A stretch of 64,000 nucleotides of DNA from Candidatus Fermentibacterota bacterium (GTDB lineage: Bacteria; Fermentibacterota; Fermentibacteria; Fermentibacterales; JCC-6): NCBI GenBank assembly GCA_963845085.1, contig CAWJQI010000005.1, positions 975,433 to 1,039,432 on the forward strand. Reading direction: 5' to 3'. Position 1 is the first letter of the stretch. Every line of letters starts with the position of its first letter. Shown piece by piece: positions 58,539-64,000 of the stretch. A program made the translations under genes and the position numbers. The notes under the pieces are model-generated. The model did not search any database and was not told the DNA's origin. It worked only from the letters and a program-made list of their open reading frames with translations.

Positions 58539-60815
58539 ATGAAGGATTGCTGCAGAAACCCGCAAAGGCTGAGGCTTGTGGTTCGGGGTGCGGTCCAGGG
58601 CGTTGGATTTCGCCCCTACATATACAGGCTGGCCCTTGGCCACGGGTTGTCAGGCAGGGTCTGGAACTCGTCCGATGGCGTTGTCATCGAGGTTCAGGGG
58701 AGCCCGGAGGCCCTTGAGTCTTTCACCCACCGCCTTCCTGCAGAGAAGCCCGGTCCCGCAATAATCAGCAGCGTAAGCTCGACCGAAATACCGGCAATTC
58801 CGGAGACGGGTTTCCTTATCGCCCGGAGCAGGGAGGGTGCGCCCGACACACTCATCACGCCCGACCTCGCCGTATGCCACGAGTGCATCGCAGACGTTCG
58901 CAACCCCGAAAACCGCAGGTACCGATACCCATTCACCAACTGCACGAACTGCGGACCAAGGTACTCCATCCTTCTCTCCCTTCCGTACGACCGTCCCAAC
59001 ACGACCATGAGAGGGTTCGCGATGTGCCCCGAATGTGCCTCGGAGTACGCAGACCCGAACGACAGACGCTTCCATGCACAGCCGGTTGCCTGCCCCGTAT
59101 GCGGTCCACGGTTGTCACTTCTGAACAGCCGCGGTGATGAAATCGCAAGCGATGATGCTGCGCTTCGGGCTGCCGTGGAAGCCGTTCTCGGGGGGATGAT
59201 TCTCGCGCTGAAGGGATTGGGTGGCTTTCAGCTGCTTGTCAGGGCTGATTCCGACTCTTCGGTCGCCCTTCTGAGAACTCGGAAGAACCGGCCCGCGAAG
59301 CCACTGGCCCTTCTTGTGCAGGGCCTCAGGGAAGCAGGGGAACTCTGTTTCATCGAGGAGGGTGAAGAGGAGCTGCTGCTCTCTCCCGCCGCACCCATCA
59401 CTCTCCTGCGGTGGAAGGGACACGGGGTCTCGACCGGAGTTGCACCGGGCAGTTCCTGGCTGGGGCTCATGCTGCCCGCAACACCCCTGCACCACCTGGT
59501 CGCATCCGATGCAGGGGTACCTCTGGTGGCCACGAGCGGGAATGCATCGGGCGAGCCGATCTGCATCGATGAACGCGAAGCGCTCATAAAGCTCAGGGGA
59601 ACGGCAGACCTGTTTCTTGTACACAACCGTCCCATCGCGCGCCAGGTGGACGATTCCGTAGTGGGATGGCTGCCCGACGGCCCGCTGACAATCCGAAGGG
59701 CAAGGGGCTACGCGCCTCTTCCGGTCAAGGTTGCCGGCATGCCCCCCGGGGTGGTTGCCGTGGGGGGGCACATGGCGAACACGGTTGCGGTTTCCATAAG
59801 CGGCGGTGTCGTCATGAGCCAGCACATCGGCGACCTTGACAGCCTTCCGTCCGTCGAGGCCCATTCGATGGCTCTTCGGGACCTGCAACACTTTTTCGGC
59901 GAGGGAAGGCTGGTGGTAAGGGACCTGCATCCTGATTACGCATCCACAGCAGCGGCGGAGACGATGGGTGTTCCTTCGGTCGTGGTTCAGCACCACCATG
60001 CCCATGTGCTCGGGTGCATGGCCGAGAACGGTGCTGAAGGACCCGTGCTTGGCGTTGCGTGGGATGGTGTGGGGCTGGGCGACGATCTTTCCGCCTGGGG
60101 CGGAGAGTTTCTCGCCGTAGGTGATGCATCATCCTTCGAGCGGATCGCATGCCTCCGCTCATTCCCCCTGCCGGGGGGTGATGCCGCAGCCTTCGAGCCC
60201 AGGCGATCGGCACTCGGCATCCTGTGGGAGATCCACGGTGAGCTCCCCTCCTCCCCCTTTTTCGAACCTTCCCAACTGAGGGTCATCGCCAGGATGCTCG
60301 AACGGGGTGTGAACTGCCCGCGCACCACCAGCGCCGGACGGCTGTTCGACGCATCCGCTGCGCTCATAGGCCTCAAGGGGGTCTGCTCCTTCCGGGGCGA
60401 GGCGCCGGGGCTTCTTGAAAACCTCGCCGGGCTCCAGGGCACGGAGGACGGTTACAGGATGGAACTAAGGCGGGGTGATGGCATTCTGGTGCTTGACTGG
60501 CTTCCAATGATGAAGGCGCTTCTGGCTGACCATGAGGCCGGGCTGCCTTCAGGAGTGATCTCGATGAGGCTGCATGCCGGTCTGTGCGAGGGCATTGTGC
60601 TGGTGGCGCGCGAGGCTGGGATCGAAAAGGTGCTTCTCACGGGCGGCTGTTTTGCAAACCGGCTGCTCACCCGCATGGCCACCGACAGGCTCCGTGAAGA
60701 AGGCTTCACCCCGCTCAGGCACCATCTTGTCCCACCGGGGGACGGTGGCCTCTCCCTGGGACAGACCGTTGCGGGAGCTGAAAATGTCGCCGTTCAAAGG
60801 AGAAGTGCGCCATGA
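58539..60815 (+). CDS. hypF: Carbamoyltransferase HypF
   Basis: GAVQGVGFRP, CTNCGPRY, QHHHAH, PPGDGGLSLGQ. Confidence 0.96.
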   Translation: MKDCCRNPQRLRLVVRGAVQGVGFRPYIYRLALGHGLSGRVWNSSDGVVIEVQGSPEALESFTHRLPAEKPGPAIISSVSSTEIPAIPETGFLIARSREGAPDTLITPDLAVCHECIADVRNPENRRYRYPFTNCTNCGPRYSILLSLPYDRPNTTMRGFAMCPECASEYADPNDRRFHAQPVACPVCGPRLSLLNSRGDEIASDDAALRAAVEAVLGGMILALKGLGGFQLLVRADSDSSVALLRTRKNRPAKPLALLVQGLREAGELCFIEEGEEELLLSPAAPITLLRWKGHGVSTGVAPGSSWLGLMLPATPLHHLVASDAGVPLVATSGNASGEPICIDEREALIKLRGTADLFLVHNRPIARQVDDSVVGWLPDGPLTIRRARGYAPLPVKVAGMPPGVVAVGGHMANTVAVSISGGVVMSQHIGDLDSLPSVEAHSMALRDLQHFFGEGRLVVRDLHPDYASTAAAETMGVPSVVVQHHHAHVLGCMAENGAEGPVLGVAWDGVGLGDDLSAWGGEFLAVGDASSFERIACLRSFPLPGGDAAAFEPRRSALGILWEIHGELPSSPFFEPSQLRVIARMLERGVNCPRTTSAGRLFDASAALIGLKGVCSFRGEAPGLLENLAGLQGTEDGYRMELRRGDGILVLDWLPMMKALLADHEAGLPSGVISMRLHAGLCEGIVLVAREAGIEKVLLTGGCFANRLLTRMATDRLREEGFTPLRHHLVPPGDGGLSLGQTVAGAENVAVQRRSAP

Positions 60816-61573
60816 TCCGTGCGGAAAGCGTTACAAAGCATTTCAACAGACGCAGGGGAGGCAGGGGCAGGGACAGGACTGGCTCGGCCGGAGTGAATGC
60901 GGTGGACGACATCAGCTTTTCCTGCCTTCCGGGAAGGGTCTTTTCGCTTCTCGGCCCCAACGGAGCCGGAAAGACCACCATGCTCAGAATGATAGCCACG
61001 ATGCTTGTGCCCACCTCCGGAAGGATCACTGTTTCCGGCTTCGACACGGTCAGTGAGCAGCGCAAAGTGCGCGGAACGATAGGTTTCCTCACCGGCACCA
61101 CCGGATTGTACGAGCGGCTGACCCCTTCCGAGATCATCTCCTACTACGGAGAACTCTACGGCATGGAGCGCGACCGCTTCAAAAAGCGCCGGGACTTGCT
61201 GTTCCAGTCACTGGGTATTTCGGAGTTCGCGAACCGCCGTTTGGGAGCCCTTTCTTCCGGAATGAAGCAGAAGGTCTCGATCGCCCGGACGATGATCCAC
61301 GACCCCGAAGTGGTGGTGTTCGACGAACCCACTGTAGGCCTGGACGTCATCACCGCCAAGTCGATCATCAACCTTATCAGAGGATGCCGCGACGAAGGAA
61401 AGACCGTGATCTTCTCCACCCACATCATGGGAGAGGTCAGCCTTCTCAGCGATGATCTTGCGATAATTCACAAAGGCAGGCTTCTCTTCTGCGACACCTT
61501 CGCGTCGTTTACGGAAGGGATGAAGACGAAATCGGTTGAGGACGAGTTCATACGGATAGTTGAGGAGGCGTGA
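60812..61573 (+). CDS. natA: ABC transporter ATP-binding protein (NatA-like)
   Basis: GPNGAGKTT, LSSGMKQK, DEPT, STH. Confidence 0.82.
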   Translation: MIRAESVTKHFNRRRGGRGRDRTGSAGVNAVDDISFSCLPGRVFSLLGPNGAGKTTMLRMIATMLVPTSGRITVSGFDTVSEQRKVRGTIGFLTGTTGLYERLTPSEIISYYGELYGMERDRFKKRRDLLFQSLGISEFANRRLGALSSGMKQKVSIARTMIHDPEVVVFDEPTVGLDVITAKSIINLIRGCRDEGKTVIFSTHIMGEVSLLSDDLAIIHKGRLLFCDTFASFTEGMKTKSVEDEFIRIVEEA

Positions 61574-61574
61574 G

Positions 61575-62774
61575 ATGAGGCAGGTCATCACGATCTTCAA
61601 AAAGGAATTGAAGGACATGCTCCGCGACCGAAGGACCATATTCTTCATGATATTCATGCCCTTCCTCGCGATTTTCCTTGTGTTCAACCTGACGATGCGG
61701 CTCGGAATGAACATGGAAAACAGGGCGCGGGAGAAGATCATGAGGGTCTCCGTGATCTCGCCGGTTCCCGTCCCGGAGTTCACCCGGATACTGGAGGGTT
61801 CCGGGGGCGTCGAAATCGCGCACGCCATCCCGGACAGCGCTGTCAGCGGAATGATCGAATCGGGCGAGCTCGATTTCGTCGTCCGGTTCCCCTCTGACTA
61901 CGAGGAAGCCCTGACCCGTGAAGGCACTGCGGAGGTACAGGTCTACTACATGGGATCGGTGGCCGAGAACGAGGGTGCGTTTCCAAGGTTGCAGGCCATG
62001 CTCGATGAGTACGGAGAGCTGATCCTTCGGGAAAGGCTTCGAAAGCGCGGACTGGAGATTGATTTCTCCTCTCCGCTTCGCGTCACGCCCCGCGACCTGT
62101 CGTCGGCGCGCGCCAGGGTGGGGGAAAGCATAGGCGGCATGTTCCCCTACTTCATTATTCTGTTCTGTTTTCTCGGAGCGATGTACCCGGCCATCGACCT
62201 CGCTGCAGGCGAGAAGGAGAGGGGAACCATCGAAACCCTTCTGATCTCGCCTGCGACAAGGGGGCAGATAGTCCTTGCGAAGTTCCTCGTGGTGGGCCTT
62301 TCCGGGGTGTTCACCGCGGTGGCGTCGTTCACCTGGCTGTATCTGGTTCTCCGATACGGAAGCCCCGTGCCGGCCGAGGTCCTGTCGGGAGTATTGAGCA
62401 TCATCGAACCACGCTCAATACTGCTTTTCTTCTCTATGCTTGTGCCGCTCTGCGCATTTTTCAGCGCTCTGCTGCTCTCGGTGTCAATCTTCTCCAGAAC
62501 CTACAAGGAAGCCCAGAGCATCATGACACCCCTGAATTTCATGGTCCTGATCCCCCTCCTCATCGGAATTTTTCCAGGAGTGGAGCTGAACGCCGTCACT
62601 GCGCTGATTCCGCTGTTGAACATCTCGCTCGCCACGAAGGAGATAATCGGAGGGACCATCAACCCGCTCTTCATGGCCGAGATATTCGCGGTGCTTCTTC
62701 TGCTTGCAGGCGCAGGTCTTGCCTTCTGCTCACGCTGGTTCAGCAGGGAAGAGGTGATCTTCCGGGGCTCATGA
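61575..62774 (+). CDS. natB: ABC transporter permease (NatB-like)
   Basis: KKELKDMLRDRRT, AGEKERGTIETLL, KEAQ. Confidence 0.82.
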   Translation: MRQVITIFKKELKDMLRDRRTIFFMIFMPFLAIFLVFNLTMRLGMNMENRAREKIMRVSVISPVPVPEFTRILEGSGGVEIAHAIPDSAVSGMIESGELDFVVRFPSDYEEALTREGTAEVQVYYMGSVAENEGAFPRLQAMLDEYGELILRERLRKRGLEIDFSSPLRVTPRDLSSARARVGESIGGMFPYFIILFCFLGAMYPAIDLAAGEKERGTIETLLISPATRGQIVLAKFLVVGLSGVFTAVASFTWLYLVLRYGSPVPAEVLSGVLSIIEPRSILLFFSMLVPLCAFFSALLLSVSIFSRTYKEAQSIMTPLNFMVLIPLLIGIFPGVELNAVTALIPLLNISLATKEIIGGTINPLFMAEIFAVLLLLAGAGLAFCSRWFSREEVIFRGS

Positions 62775-62808
62775 GCATTGGCGCCGTGAACGGTCGATCA
62801 GGAAGGGT

Positions 62809-64000
62809 TCAGCCCCTGCGGCTGCCACCCTGTCTTCCCGAGGTGAACCTTCGCCTTTGATTGGAGCTTCCCCGACCAAAGTTCACAGGAGCAGGCTGAC
62901 TTGACCTGAAGGCTTCCTCGGAGTGGAACTCGTGGTCCATGCTGGCCGGAACCGGCTTTCCAAGAAGGCGTTCGATCTGATGCAGGCATTCCCTGTCCTC
63001 TGCGCAGCAGAAGGATATGGCGTCGCCACCGGCACCGGCCCTCGCCGTCCGTCCGATGCGGTGGATATATGTTCGGCCTCGATGGGAAGATCGTAGTTGA
63101 TCACGTGAGTGATGTTGTCAACGTCCAGCCCCCTCGCAGCGACGTCCGTGGCCACGAGAACCTGGAAGCGGTTCCCCTTGAAACCCGACAGGGCGCTGGT
63201 CCTGGCGGACTGGCTCTTGTTTCCGTGGATGGCTGTCCCGGTGATCCCGGTTGCGCAGAGCTTCTTCACCACCTTGTTGGCGGTATGCTTCATCTGTGTA
63301 AAGATCAGCGCTTTGCCGACCCGCGGATCGCTCAGGAGGGAAACGAGAAGAGCGTCCTTGTCGGCTTTTCCCACGAACAGAACCTTCTGATCGATGCTTT
63401 CCACCGTTGGCATATCAGGCTCGATGGAGATCCTGAGGGGGTCGTGAACGATGGTTCGCGCAAGTTCTTCCATCCCCGGCGACATGGTCGCGGAGAAAAA
63501 GAGGGTCTGACGCTTCTCGGGTATGATGGCGAGCACTCTTCTTATGTCCGGGATGAACCCCATGTCCAGCATTCTGTCAACTTCGTCAAGAACGAAGTAC
63601 TCGACACTGCCGAGATGGATGAACCCCTGCTGGACAAGGTCGAGCAGCCGACCGGGTGTGGCTGTGAGAATGTCGACCCCCCGGTTGAGTGCGCGTTCCT
63701 GCCCGGCCTGGCTGACCCCTCCGAAAACAACGGTGTGGCTCAGGCGGAGAAACCGGCCGTACGTGGCCATGCTTTCATCGATCTGAGCTGCAAGCTCCCT
63801 CGTGGCGCGCCAGGATGAGCGCACGGGGCGTGCCCGGGGCCGGTCTGCGGCTGTTGCCGGAGAGCATCTGGAGCAACGGGAGTGCGAACGCCGCTGTCTT
63901 CCCGGTACCGGTCTGGGCAGTGCCCATAAGGTCCCGTCCTTTGAGGAGATGCGGGATACACTGTTCCTGAACGGGTGTGGGGGTTTTGTAGCCCTGCATT
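62809..64000 (-). CDS. DEAD-box RNA helicase (RhlE-like), 5' end outside the window, frameshifts near 63806 and 63072
   Basis: AQTGTGKT, (P)TRELA, DEVD, SAT, ARGLD, and [12 protein letters not shown] in the shifted frame. Confidence 0.9.

Noticed and set aside
1..64000. CRISPR arrays, tRNA/rRNA genes, prophage, transposases, defence systems
   Set aside because: No spaced repeats or recognisable hallmark genes were seen by eye; a weak signal could have been missed without searches.

Overview
A GC-rich bacterial chromosome segment, densely packed with housekeeping, envelope and cofactor genes. Two secreted-protein C-termini (an FlgD-Ig-like 'PNPF...WDG' domain and a 'TWAGIKASF' tail) suggest an FCB-group lineage such as Fermentibacterota; this is inference only. 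In order: metK-M23-holB-PSP1 under a SAM-II-like riboswitch; a stand-alone carboxyltransferase; dnaK-grpE-dnaJ with a sigma-54-like promoter; uvrA; a secreted metallopeptidase; a GT-C-like gene flanked by a diverged duplicate of the 3' end of an rmlD-like gene; an M23/GT2/carbamoyltransferase/bEBP/hflKC operon; an NtrC-type and an HD-GYP regulator; eno-ftsB-rsgA; argF; a repeat/HEAT protein; a sodium:solute symporter; TPP riboswitch-thiM-thiE; a methionine block (SAM-I/IV riboswitch, unannotated 31-aa leader ORF, COG2122/ApbE-like and DUF39 sulfurtransferase genes, divergent metF, activation domain and metH); ATL/DUF2752/CD225; prsW; PadR; hypA, hypB, hypF; natAB; and a DEAD-box helicase. Five frameshifts in three genes look like sequencing errors. 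No CRISPR array, tRNA, rRNA, transposase or integrase was recognised. All RNA and promoter calls were made by eye.
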